Below are positions 8,388 through 16,305 of a stretch of DNA of 41,490 nt, piece after piece. Position 1 is the first letter of the stretch; each line of letters starts with the position of its first letter. Position numbers and translations under genes: made by a program. This DNA is from Pseudomonadota bacterium (GTDB lineage Bacteria > Myxococcota > Myxococcia > Myxococcales > Vulgatibacteraceae). Under the pieces are notes generated by a model. The model saw only the letters and a program-made list of their open reading frames with translations. It did not search any database and had not been told where the DNA came from. The DNA lies in assembly GCA_023436385.1 (NCBI GenBank), contig JAEZJH010000582.1, positions 1 through 41,490 of the forward strand, written 5' to 3'.

Positions 8388-8704
8388 CCGCCTACGAAAC
8401 CGTCGCCCTCCCCGTCCTCCCCGACGACGTGTGGCCCGCCGCCTGGGCCGAGGTCCCCGGCGAGCGGTTCACCGTCGACGGCACCGAATACGCCGTGGTC
8501 AGCGTCCCCGCCGGCACCGAGGACGAGCGAATCCGGCGGGACCTGGCGCCGATGACGTGCCTGGACGGGACCATCACCGGCACCGTCGCCGCCACCTGCC
8601 CCCACGCCTGCCCCGGCACGCGCGGGCTGTGGCCGGTGGAGCTGGCTGGGCGGGAGAGCTGCAAGCGGGAGATGGCGTTTCCGACACAGGAGACCGAACG
8701 ATGA
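8384..8704 (+). CDS. Hypothetical protein
   Basis: GTGA start/stop overlap at 8384-8387. High GC3. Confidence 0.5.
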   Translation: MTAYETVALPVLPDDVWPAAWAEVPGERFTVDGTEYAVVSVPAGTEDERIRRDLAPMTCLDGTITGTVAATCPHACPGTRGLWPVELAGRESCKREMAFPTQETER

Positions 8705-8913
8705 AGGCGACGATTCGGAAGGCGAACGGGACCACGATCGAGATCGACGGAACACCGGACGAGGTGGCGTCCGTCATCAAGGCGGCCGGCGACGAGGCCG
8801 CGCCCGTGTTTATCCCGTGGCGAACAGACCAGCACCCGACGCCAGCCCCGTGGGAGTGGACGCCCGGCAAGTTCGTGTTCACCTCCGACGCGACGCGCTG
8901 GCGGATCGGATAG
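8701..8913 (+). CDS. Hypothetical protein
   Basis: ATGA overlap at 8701-8704. High GC3. Confidence 0.5.
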   Translation: MKATIRKANGTTIEIDGTPDEVASVIKAAGDEAAPVFIPWRTDQHPTPAPWEWTPGKFVFTSDATRWRIG

Positions 8914-8921
8914 GTGCCGAC

Positions 8922-9074
8922 GTGAGCGCCCAGCCCGAGCAGTTGTGCCGGTGGGACAACGCCCGCACGCGGCGCACCGAGAAGCGGCGCGCGTCGAGAT
9001 ACGACCGGCGCAAGGCCAAGCAGGACCCGGAGAACGCCCCGCGCCGCCGCGCCTACCGGGGCTGGAGCTACTAG
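8922..9074 (+). CDS. Small basic hypothetical protein (50 aa)
   Basis: GTG at 8922. Very high GC3. Below the ORF-track cutoff when counted from this start. Confidence 0.4.
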   Translation: MSAQPEQLCRWDNARTRRTEKRRASRYDRRKAKQDPENAPRRRAYRGWSY

Positions 9075-9080
9075 CGAGCC

Positions 9081-9464
9081 ATGTCGCGAACCGTCGCCCT
9101 CGCCCTGCTATCGGCGGGGTGCGTGGCGGCGTGCGACCCCGTGCCGCTGCCGGTCGTGTGCGGCGTCAGCGTCGATTGGGGGCCGCAGCCGGCAGACGAG
9201 CCGGGGCTGTGTGCGGCGGTGGAAGCAGAGCCGGCCGGTAGCGATGGCGCGCGGGTCAGCTTCGCCGACGAGATCCGCGGCGAGTGCAGGACCGCGAGGG
9301 AGATCGCCGGCTGCTTCGACCCGGAGTTCGATTGGATCTGGGTGAGGCCGGCTGACGCATTGGAGCGGACCGCGCTGGCGCATGAGCTGAAACACCGGCG
9401 GCTGTGGCTGGAAGGGAAAGACCTCGACTACGCCCACGACGGCGAGATTTGGAGACATCCTTGA
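9081..9464 (+). CDS. Predicted lipoprotein with an HExxH motif
   Basis: MSRTVALALLSAGCVAAC is a signal peptide with lipobox VAAC. HELKH is a possible zinc-binding motif. Confidence 0.55.
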   Translation: MSRTVALALLSAGCVAACDPVPLPVVCGVSVDWGPQPADEPGLCAAVEAEPAGSDGARVSFADEIRGECRTAREIAGCFDPEFDWIWVRPADALERTALAHELKHRRLWLEGKDLDYAHDGEIWRHP

Positions 9465-9721
9465 GCAGCGAGGCCAAGCGCACCTGGGGCTGGATCGCCG
9501 CCGCCGTTGGCGTGCTCACTGCCATCTCGCTGGCCCTGGGGTGGTACGGGGACGCGAAGGCGACGGGCGCCCAGCAGGCGACGATCGAGTTGCGCGTGCA
9601 GATGCTGGAGAAGGGCGCCGAAGCCACTCGCGGCGAGATCCGCGAGATCCGCCAGGACCAGACCGCGATCCGACGCACGCTCGACAGGCTGTGCGCGGTG
9701 ACGCCGGGGTGCAGGGAATGA
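9461..9721 (+). CDS. Membrane-anchored coiled-coil protein (N-terminal TM helix)
   Basis: TTG at 9461 overlaps the upstream stop, with GGAG 6 nt upstream. WGWIAAAVGVLTAISLALGWY is a TM helix, followed by a heptad-like segment. Confidence 0.5.
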   Translation: MSSEAKRTWGWIAAAVGVLTAISLALGWYGDAKATGAQQATIELRVQMLEKGAEATRGEIREIRQDQTAIRRTLDRLCAVTPGCRE

Positions 9722-11043
9722 GCAACATCGACCTCGACACCGACCCCGACCTCGCCGTGTTCCGCGAGAACTGTGCCGCGTACCATCGAGAACAAGCGGC
9801 AATCAAGGCGCGCAACGAGGCCGAGTCGGCGCCGCCATCGAATGCGGCGTGGGCGCAGATGCTTGAGCTATTTGGCGCCGACTCCGTCGCCGGGCCTGCG
9901 GTGACGCCCGAGACGGCGATGCGGACCGCGGCCGTGTTCGCGTCGGTGCGTCTCCTGGCCGAAGCCATCGCCGGGCTTTCGATTCCGGTATACGAGCGCA
10001 CGCCGGACGGCTCCAGGGCCACGGCAAGCAAGGACGCATACGGCGGGATCTGGTGGCTGCTGAATGAGCAGCCGTCGCCAGCGTGGACCGCTGCGAGCTT
10101 TTGGGAGCGCATCGTCACCGACATGTATCTGCGCGGCGACGGGATCGCGGTGATCGGCCGCAAGGGCACGCAGCCCGTGGAGATCATCCCGATTCCGCGG
10201 CAGAACGTGCAGATCGATCGCGTCGGTAGGCGGCTCCGCTACTTCGTGGATTTGAACGCTGACGGAAAGTGGATTGCGCTCGACCAGGACGACGTGTTGC
10301 ACTTTCCTGGTTTCGGATTCGACGGCGTGCGCGGGATGAGCGTCATCCGGCACGCTGCGCTCCAGGCTACCGGCGTGGCTCTCGCGGCCGAGGAGTTGGC
10401 GGCGAAGTTCTTTGCCAAGGGCGCAACGCCGCAGTTTGCGATCGAGTATCCGACCAAGCTCCGCGAGGGCGAGCCTGAGACGCTGCGTGCGGAGTGGGAG
10501 CGGGTGTATGGCGGCGGCTCTGGTAGCTACCTCCCGCTCGTGCTCCAGCTAGGCGCGTCGGTCAAGCAACTCACCCTATCGCCCGAGGACTCGCAGCTCC
10601 TCCAGACCCGCGCCTGGCAGGTGATCGACATCGCCCGTGCGTTCGGCGTGCCCCCGGTGATGATCGGGGAGAACGAGAAGACGAGCAGCTGGGGAACCGG
10701 CGTCGAGACGATCACGCTTGGTTTCCAGCGATACACGCTCAAGGGTCCGATGCGTCGGATCGAGCAGGAGATGAACCGGAAGTTCTGGCCCCGCTCGCTG
10801 CGCTACTTCGTCGAGTTCAACGCGGACGCGCTCCTCCGTGGTGACAGCAAGGCGCAGGCAGATTACTTCCGCGCGGCGCTTGGCGGGGCGCAGGGCTCCG
10901 GGTGGATGAGCCCGGATGAGGTGCGGCGCGTGCAGAACCTGCCGCCGCTGCCGGACGGCAAGGGCGCGTTGCCGTATCTCGTCACGCCGAAGGACACGCC
11001 GGCCGCGAAGCCGGAGGAGAGCACGAATGCTGCGGCTGCTTAA
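9718..11043 (+). CDS. Portal protein, HK97 family
   Basis: ATGA overlap at 9718-9721. AVFASVRLLAEAIAGLSIPVYER...WERIVTDMYLRGDG... is typical of HK97-type portals. Confidence 0.9.
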   Translation: MSNIDLDTDPDLAVFRENCAAYHREQAAIKARNEAESAPPSNAAWAQMLELFGADSVAGPAVTPETAMRTAAVFASVRLLAEAIAGLSIPVYERTPDGSRATASKDAYGGIWWLLNEQPSPAWTAASFWERIVTDMYLRGDGIAVIGRKGTQPVEIIPIPRQNVQIDRVGRRLRYFVDLNADGKWIALDQDDVLHFPGFGFDGVRGMSVIRHAALQATGVALAAEELAAKFFAKGATPQFAIEYPTKLREGEPETLRAEWERVYGGGSGSYLPLVLQLGASVKQLTLSPEDSQLLQTRAWQVIDIARAFGVPPVMIGENEKTSSWGTGVETITLGFQRYTLKGPMRRIEQEMNRKFWPRSLRYFVEFNADALLRGDSKAQADYFRAALGGAQGSGWMSPDEVRRVQNLPPLPDGKGALPYLVTPKDTPAAKPEESTNAAAA

Positions 11044-11743
11044 GCGACCGGATGCGAAGCCGGCGAACATGCGCGTGGTCAACGAGGCTGCGGGCGAGGC
11101 GCACGTCTACCTCTACGACATGATCGGAGAGGACTGGTACGGCGGGATCACGGCCAAGGACTTCGCCGCGCAGGTGCTCGCACTCAACGCGGCGACCATC
11201 CACCTCCACATCAACAGCCCCGGTGGCGACGTGTTCGAGGGGCGGGCGATGGTGGCCGCGATCAAGGCGTGCAAGGCTAAGACGGTGGCCCACGTCGACG
11301 GACTCGCGGCGTCGGCGGCGTCGTGGCTCGCTCTTGCGTGTGATGAAGTGGAGATCACCAAGGGCGCGTTCTTCATGATCCACCAGTCGATGGGGTGGAC
11401 CGTCGGGAACGCGACGGAACTCCACAAGTTGGCCGACACCCTCGAGAAGATCGACGGCACGATCATCGACGACTACGAGGCGGCGACGGGTAAGCCTCGC
11501 GACCAGATCGCAGAGTGGATGGCCGCCGAGACGTGGTTCACCGCCGACGAGGCGATCGAGCACGGGTTCGCGGATCGTCTCGCGCCGGAGAAGGCGGCCC
11601 AGCCGGACAACGCCTGGAACCTCGGCGCGTACAAGCACGCGCCGAAGGCGCTGACGGAGAAGCCGACGAATGCGGCCACGGCGCCGGACCTGGAGCAGGA
11701 AGCCCGTGAGCGCGCGGTGCGGATGATCGAGATGGGCTGCTAG
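11027..11743 (+). CDS. Prohead maturation protease, ClpP-like (S14)
   Basis: HLHINSPGGDVFEGRAM...DGLAASAASWLALACD...FFMIHQS are ClpP-family motifs. Confidence 0.9.
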   Translation: MLRLLKRPDAKPANMRVVNEAAGEAHVYLYDMIGEDWYGGITAKDFAAQVLALNAATIHLHINSPGGDVFEGRAMVAAIKACKAKTVAHVDGLAASAASWLALACDEVEITKGAFFMIHQSMGWTVGNATELHKLADTLEKIDGTIIDDYEAATGKPRDQIAEWMAAETWFTADEAIEHGFADRLAPEKAAQPDNAWNLGAYKHAPKALTEKPTNAATAPDLEQEARERAVRMIEMGC

Positions 11744-11769
11744 GTACACGCAACCAGAGAGACACACGA

Positions 11770-11801
11770 GGGGTCGGCATTGCGCCGGCCCCTTTGCTTT
11801 T
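11770..11801 (+). terminator. Intrinsic-terminator-like hairpin between the protease and capsid genes
   Basis: ggggtcggc/attgc/gccggcccc (9-bp stem with one G-U pair) followed by tttgctttt. Confidence 0.5.
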
Positions 11802-11864
11802 CCGGGCGCGGATGCGTCCCGGTCACACGGGGTGCATCGGGCACCCGGAAGGAGAGAGCAGGGC

Positions 11865-13103
11865 ATGACGATCCAGCAGATGCGAGAGAAGCGGCAGGCA
11901 CTGGCGAAGGAGATCCGAGACCTCCTCGACAATAACCCCGGGGCGAAGTGGAAGGAGAACCCGGAGAATCAGACGAAGTACGACCGCCTGTCGGCCGAGA
12001 TCGCGGATCTCGACGGCGAGATCAAGCGGCACACCGACCAACTCGAGCGCGAGGCAGCGAACTTCGCGTCCAACGTCGCGCACGGCACCGTCACGACGAT
12101 CGACCGCGACGACCCCGAGGCCGAACACAAGCGCATCTTCAACAAATGGATGCGTGGCGGCGACCGGGCATTGAACCGCGAGGAGGTGGATTTCCTCGCG
12201 CGGCGTGTTGCCAGTGGACCGCAGAACACGCTGTCTACCACGGTCCCTGCCGAGGGAGGGCACACCGTCCCGACCACGACCGCCGGGCAGATCATCGCCG
12301 CGCTCAAGGCGTTCGGTGGCATCCGCGAAGCGGCGACCGTGTTCTCGACCGCTGGCGGCGAGGCAATGAACTGGCCCACCGGCAACGCCACCGCGGAGGA
12401 GGGCGAGATCGTCGGGCAGAATGCGCCGGCCGCGAAGCTCGACCCGAGCTTCGGCGTCAAGTCGATCGGTGCGTTCTGGTACAGCTCCAAGGAGATCGCG
12501 GTCCCGAGGGAGCTCCTGCAGGATTCCGCGATCGACATGGAGGCGTACCTCGTCTCCGTGCTCAATCAGCGGATCGGCAGGATCACCACCAAGCACTTCA
12601 CCACCGGCACCGGCGTCGGTCAGCCCGAGGGCCTGGTCACAGCTTCGACCCAGGGCGTGCAGGGCGCTAACGGGCAGACCACCACCGTCACCTACGACGA
12701 CATCATCAAGCTCATCCACTCCGTGGACCCTGCGTATCGCGGCCCCAACTGCCGGCTGATGATGCATGACTCCACTCTCCTCGCGCTGCGTCTCCTCAAG
12801 GACGGGCAGCAGCGGCCGCTGTGGCAGCCGGCCATCACGGAGAACGAGCCCGACCGGATCGCCGGCTACGGGTACATCATCAACCAGCACATGCCGGTGA
12901 TGGCGGCCAACGCGAAGTCGATCCTCTTCGGTGACTTCAGCCGCTACTACATCCGCGACGTGATGCAGGTGCAGCTGTTCCGTATGGAGGACAGCAACTT
13001 CATCCGCAACCACCAGGTCGGCTTCCTCGCGTTCAGCCGTCACGACGGCAAGCTGATGGACGTTGGCGGCGCGGTGAAGCACTACGCCAACGCGGCGGCG
13101 TGA
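11865..13103 (+). CDS. Major capsid protein, HK97 family
   Basis: ATG at 11865 follows GGAAGGAGAG. N-terminal coiled-coil delta-domain-like segment, then an HK97-fold-like body of about 410 aa. Position after the protease. Confidence 0.9.
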   Translation: MTIQQMREKRQALAKEIRDLLDNNPGAKWKENPENQTKYDRLSAEIADLDGEIKRHTDQLEREAANFASNVAHGTVTTIDRDDPEAEHKRIFNKWMRGGDRALNREEVDFLARRVASGPQNTLSTTVPAEGGHTVPTTTAGQIIAALKAFGGIREAATVFSTAGGEAMNWPTGNATAEEGEIVGQNAPAAKLDPSFGVKSIGAFWYSSKEIAVPRELLQDSAIDMEAYLVSVLNQRIGRITTKHFTTGTGVGQPEGLVTASTQGVQGANGQTTTVTYDDIIKLIHSVDPAYRGPNCRLMMHDSTLLALRLLKDGQQRPLWQPAITENEPDRIAGYGYIINQHMPVMAANAKSILFGDFSRYYIRDVMQVQLFRMEDSNFIRNHQVGFLAFSRHDGKLMDVGGAVKHYANAAA

Positions 13104-13105
13104 TC

Positions 13106-13273
13106 ATGGCTCGCGTCCGATTCCTGGTAGCGGTCGCCGGCCACGACGTTTCGATTGCGCCGGGGCAGGTGGTCGAGATGGACGATGCCGCCGCCGTGCT
13201 GTGGTGCGACGGCGTGCGGGCCGTGCGCGTCGAAGAATCGAAGCCTGCCCAGAAGACGCAGCCAAAGAGGTGA
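13106..13273 (+). CDS. Small hypothetical protein (55 aa)
   Basis: ATG lies 2 nt after the capsid stop. Fills the capsid-connector gap. Not in the ORF track because it is under 60 aa. Confidence 0.4.
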   Translation: MARVRFLVAVAGHDVSIAPGQVVEMDDAAAVLWCDGVRAVRVEESKPAQKTQPKR

Positions 13274-13277
13274 CAAG

Positions 13278-13862
13278 ATGGCCCTGGTTCTCACGACCCC
13301 GCCGGCCGCCGAGCCGGTGAGTCTCGCGGATGCGAAACTCCACCTCCGCGTGGACTCGACCGACGAGGACTCGCTGATTTCCAGGGCCATCCAGTCGGCG
13401 CGCGAATACGCCGAGACGTTCACGCGCCGGCAGCTCGTCGCTGCGGCCTACCGGCTGGAGCTCGACCGCGCCCCGTGCTCCGGTAGGTGGGCGGCGATCC
13501 CGATCCCGCGCCCGCCGCTTGCGAGCGTGGAGTCGGTGCGCTACCGCAAGCCGGGCGCTGCCGACTACACCGAGATCGACCCGGCCCGATATGCGGTGGA
13601 CACCGCTTCGGTGCCGGGCCGGGTCATCCTGCTCGACGGGTGGCCCGCGCTCGACACGGAGCGGCCCGCCGCGCTCGTGGTTGAATTCACCGCCGGCACG
13701 GAGCCCGAGGCGGTTCCGGCCGGGATCGTGGATGCGATCCTCGTGATGGTCGGGGATGCCTACGAGAACCGGAGCAGCGTGATCGTCGGCACGGTGAGCA
13801 GCCAGATCGCGCGCACAGCCGACCGGCTGCTGTCGCCGTATGCGGTCGGGGTGATCTCGTGA
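13278..13862 (+). CDS. Head-tail connector protein (gp6-like)
   Basis: VSLADAKLHLRVDSTDEDSLISRAIQSAREYAETFTRRQL is the characteristic N-terminus of gp6-like connectors. Confidence 0.8.
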   Translation: MALVLTTPPAAEPVSLADAKLHLRVDSTDEDSLISRAIQSAREYAETFTRRQLVAAAYRLELDRAPCSGRWAAIPIPRPPLASVESVRYRKPGAADYTEIDPARYAVDTASVPGRVILLDGWPALDTERPAALVVEFTAGTEPEAVPAGIVDAILVMVGDAYENRSSVIVGTVSSQIARTADRLLSPYAVGVIS

Positions 13863-14185
13863 GAGCCGGCCCGATGCATGACCGCATCACCCTCCAGCGC
13901 GTCACCCGCGGCACCGACCCGGCCGGCGGTGTGACCGAGGACTGGCCGCCCGTGGCCACGGTGTGGGCCCAGGTCAAGCAGCTTTCCGCGACCGAGCGCG
14001 CGGCTCGCCCGGCAACGGCCGCCGAGGAGACGCGCGTGTTTCGTGTGCGTGCGGATAGCAGGCTCGCCCCGTCCCCCGGTAGATGGCGGGTGGCGTGGAT
14101 GGGCAGGGCCTACGACCTGTCCGCCGTCGTCGAGGTCGGCCGCGGCGAGGGCTGGGAGCTGACGGGGACGGCGAGGGTGGAATGA
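13859..14185 (+). CDS. Head-tail adaptor / head closure protein
   Basis: RITLQRVTRGTDPAGGVTEDWPPVATVWAQVKQLSATER...FRVR matches the Phage_H_T_join pattern. Confidence 0.8.
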   Translation: MRAGPMHDRITLQRVTRGTDPAGGVTEDWPPVATVWAQVKQLSATERAARPATAAEETRVFRVRADSRLAPSPGRWRVAWMGRAYDLSAVVEVGRGEGWELTGTARVE

Positions 14186-14826
14186 TGGCGACACGCGACG
14201 TGCCGGGGATGCGCGAAGCCCTCAGGGCTTTGCGACGCATCAACGATCGGCTTGAGCGCAAGGCTATCGAGGTCGCCATCTCTGCGGGCACGGCTCGGTT
14301 TCTGCCTGATGTCAAAGCCAAGGCCCCGGTGGACGAGGGCGCCTACCGGGATGCGATTGAGGCAGCTCCGGTCCGAAAGCGGCGCGGTTCGTTTATCGGC
14401 GGCGTCGGCCTCGACCGCGCCAAGCTCTACAAAGCAACCAAGGGCACGCGCCCGCGCAATCTCCCGGAGCTGCTCGAATACGGCCACGCGCTCCGATACA
14501 GGGATGCCGAGGGCCGGCTGGTGGACAACGGAACGGTTGCGGCCAAGCCCCACTGGCGACCCGCTTTCGAGGCGCACGCGGACGAATCCATCGACGTGAT
14601 CCGCGATGCACTCATGGCATTCGTCGTTGAGGTGGCGCACTCCGCGGCCATCCGCGAGAACCGGCTGCGTCGGGGCCTCGCCAACGCACGGCGGTCCGTC
14701 GATGTGAACCTGCAGCGCGCGGCGCGGGCCGAGGCGCGGGGCGACAAGGCCAAGGCCCAGGCGTACCGCGAGAAGGCGCACAAGGCAGAGGGTCGGCGGC
14801 TCAAATACTCGCGCAAGTTGGGGTAG
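14182..14826 (+). CDS. HK97 gp10-like tail-attachment protein
   Basis: ATGA overlap. LRRINDRLERKAIEVAISAGTARFLPDVKAKAPVDEGAYRDAI resembles the gp10 family. Correct position in the module. Confidence 0.65.
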   Translation: MMATRDVPGMREALRALRRINDRLERKAIEVAISAGTARFLPDVKAKAPVDEGAYRDAIEAAPVRKRRGSFIGGVGLDRAKLYKATKGTRPRNLPELLEYGHALRYRDAEGRLVDNGTVAAKPHWRPAFEAHADESIDVIRDALMAFVVEVAHSAAIRENRLRRGLANARRSVDVNLQRAARAEARGDKAKAQAYREKAHKAEGRRLKYSRKLG

Positions 14827-14829
14827 CCC

Positions 14830-15231
14830 ATGACTCTCGAGACAGGACTCCGGGCGCTGCTGGCGTCCGACGCGGGGATCGCCGCGCTCGCTGGCGACCG
14901 CATCCGTCCGCTGTGTCTGGCGCAGGGCGAGGCGTATCCGGCGATCACCTACCAGCGGATCGCAGGCTCGCCCCGCTCCACGCTCGACGGTGCCACCGTC
15001 CGGCTCCGGTCCGTGGTGCAGGTGACGTGTTGGGCCGAGTCGTACCTGGAAGCGCACGCCCTGGCCGACGCTGTGCGCGCCTGCGTCACCGACTACCGGG
15101 GGGCGTGGGGCGCGGTGGAGGTGCTCCGCATCGAGCCGCCCGACGAGCGAGACACGGAGCCGGTAGAGGGTGGAGGCGCCCCGGTCGTGTACGGGGTCGC
15201 GTTGGATCTCACGATTCATCACACGCAGTAA
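14830..15231 (+). CDS. Tail completion/terminator protein (DUF3168-like)
   Basis: LRALLASDAGIAALAGDRIRPLCLAQGEAYPAITYQRI is the DUF3168 signature. Confidence 0.75.
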   Translation: MTLETGLRALLASDAGIAALAGDRIRPLCLAQGEAYPAITYQRIAGSPRSTLDGATVRLRSVVQVTCWAESYLEAHALADAVRACVTDYRGAWGAVEVLRIEPPDERDTEPVEGGGAPVVYGVALDLTIHHTQ

Positions 15232-15243
15232 GGAGGAGTGGAG

Positions 15244-15669
15244 ATGGCATTCAAGGAAGGAACCGGTGTCGGTACGACGCTGGAAATCGAAACCGCTGTA
15301 CCTGGGACGTTCGAGCCGTTGGGGCGGGTGAAGAACATCAGCGGGCCGAACCTCAACGTGAATATCATCGAGAAGAGCACCCTCGATGATGAGTTCGTGC
15401 GGAAGTCCGCTGGCCGCATCGACGGAGGCGAAGTCACGTTCGATCTGGAGCACGATCCCACGGAGACAGGGCACAAGGGAATCGTTGCCAAGATCAAGGG
15501 GCGCAAGGTCCACAACTTCAAGATTGCGCTGCCTGCACCGTGGACCGGGACCACCTTCACGTTCTCCGGGATCATCTCCGGTTTCCAGCCATCGATCGAC
15601 GACCAGGAGATCGCTGCATCCGTGACCATCGCCGTCACTGGCGAGCCCGACTTCGACGAGGCGCCCTAA
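15244..15669 (+). CDS. Major tail (tube) protein
   Basis: ATG lies 7 nt after AGGAGG (the ORF-track GTG at 15238 is too close to the RBS). About 140 aa, beta-rich, with a TP901-1/phi13-like tube protein pattern and position. Confidence 0.8.
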   Translation: MAFKEGTGVGTTLEIETAVPGTFEPLGRVKNISGPNLNVNIIEKSTLDDEFVRKSAGRIDGGEVTFDLEHDPTETGHKGIVAKIKGRKVHNFKIALPAPWTGTTFTFSGIISGFQPSIDDQEIAASVTIAVTGEPDFDEAP

Positions 15670-15672
15670 GCC

Positions 15673-16020
15673 ATGACCAACGCGATCACCGGAGCCGGCA
15701 CCGTGCGTCTCATGGGCCGCGACCTGTCTCTGGTCTACGACCTCGACGCCTGCGACTACCTCTACGACCAGGGGCTCGACCCATGGGGCGACGGACTGAG
15801 CGAGGCACTGAACAAGCGCAAGCCTGGTGTGTATCGCGCCTTCCTTCTCGCCGGCCTGCGGCGGGAGCACCCCGAGATCAAGGCCGAGGAGCTGGGCAAG
15901 CTCCGCGCGCCCGAGATCATGCGCGCGTTCGCCGGCGCCCTTAAGGCATTCACCGCGCAGATGGGCGGCGAGGATGCGTCGGCAAACCCTCTTATGGCGG
16001 GGGGCGCTTCTCCCGCCTAG
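15673..16020 (+). CDS. Tail assembly chaperone (G-like, unshifted product)
   Basis: Position between the tube protein and the tape measure. Ends 15 nt after a G GGG GGC slippery run. Confidence 0.75.
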   Translation: MTNAITGAGTVRLMGRDLSLVYDLDACDYLYDQGLDPWGDGLSEALNKRKPGVYRAFLLAGLRREHPEIKAEELGKLRAPEIMRAFAGALKAFTAQMGGEDASANPLMAGGASPA

Positions 16021-16301
16021 ACCTATGGGCGACGTGCCGGTACGACCTGGGCCTATCGGATGCCGATGCCGGTAGGCTCACGCTGCGACAGATACATGCC
16101 CTGCTTGCGAGACACCGCGAGGCCGAGCGCCGCGCCGACTACCGGAGCGGAGTGCTTGCCTCGCTGATAACTGGCTTCGGCGGCAAGCCCAAGCCGCCCG
16201 GTGCGTTCTTCCCATCCTTGGCCGACACCAGCCGACGCATGGACGCAGACGCGATCTATCGCAAGCTGCTACACATCAGGACCATGTTCGCAAAGGAATA
16301 G
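15673..16301 (+). CDS. Tail assembly chaperone G-T fusion, made by a -1 programmed frameshift at 15999-16005
   Basis: The -1 frame is open from 15945 to TAG 16299-16301 and has no plausible start of its own. It encodes WATCRYDLGLSDADAGRLTLRQIHALLARHREAERRADYRSGVLASLI, which is gpT-like. The heptamer G_GGG_GGC is in the 0 frame. Confidence 0.6.
15999..16005 (+). promoter_or_regulatory. Candidate -1 frameshift slippery heptamer G GGG GGC
   Basis: X XXY YYZ pattern in the chaperone reading frame (codons gcg-ggg-ggc start at 15997). Confidence 0.5.
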
Positions 16302-16305
16302 CCTC

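Noticed and set aside
14110-15870. 586-aa minus-strand ORF across the tail genes. Similar long shadow ORFs are 1573..2985(-), 6039..7061(-), 11823..13082(-), 16269..17660(-) and 27054..29219(+).
   Set aside because: They lie antisense to genes with clear phage motifs (connector/tube, primase, terL, capsid, tape measure, integrase). Their products are Arg/Pro/Gly-rich and low in complexity, as expected for stop-poor shadow frames in high-GC DNA.
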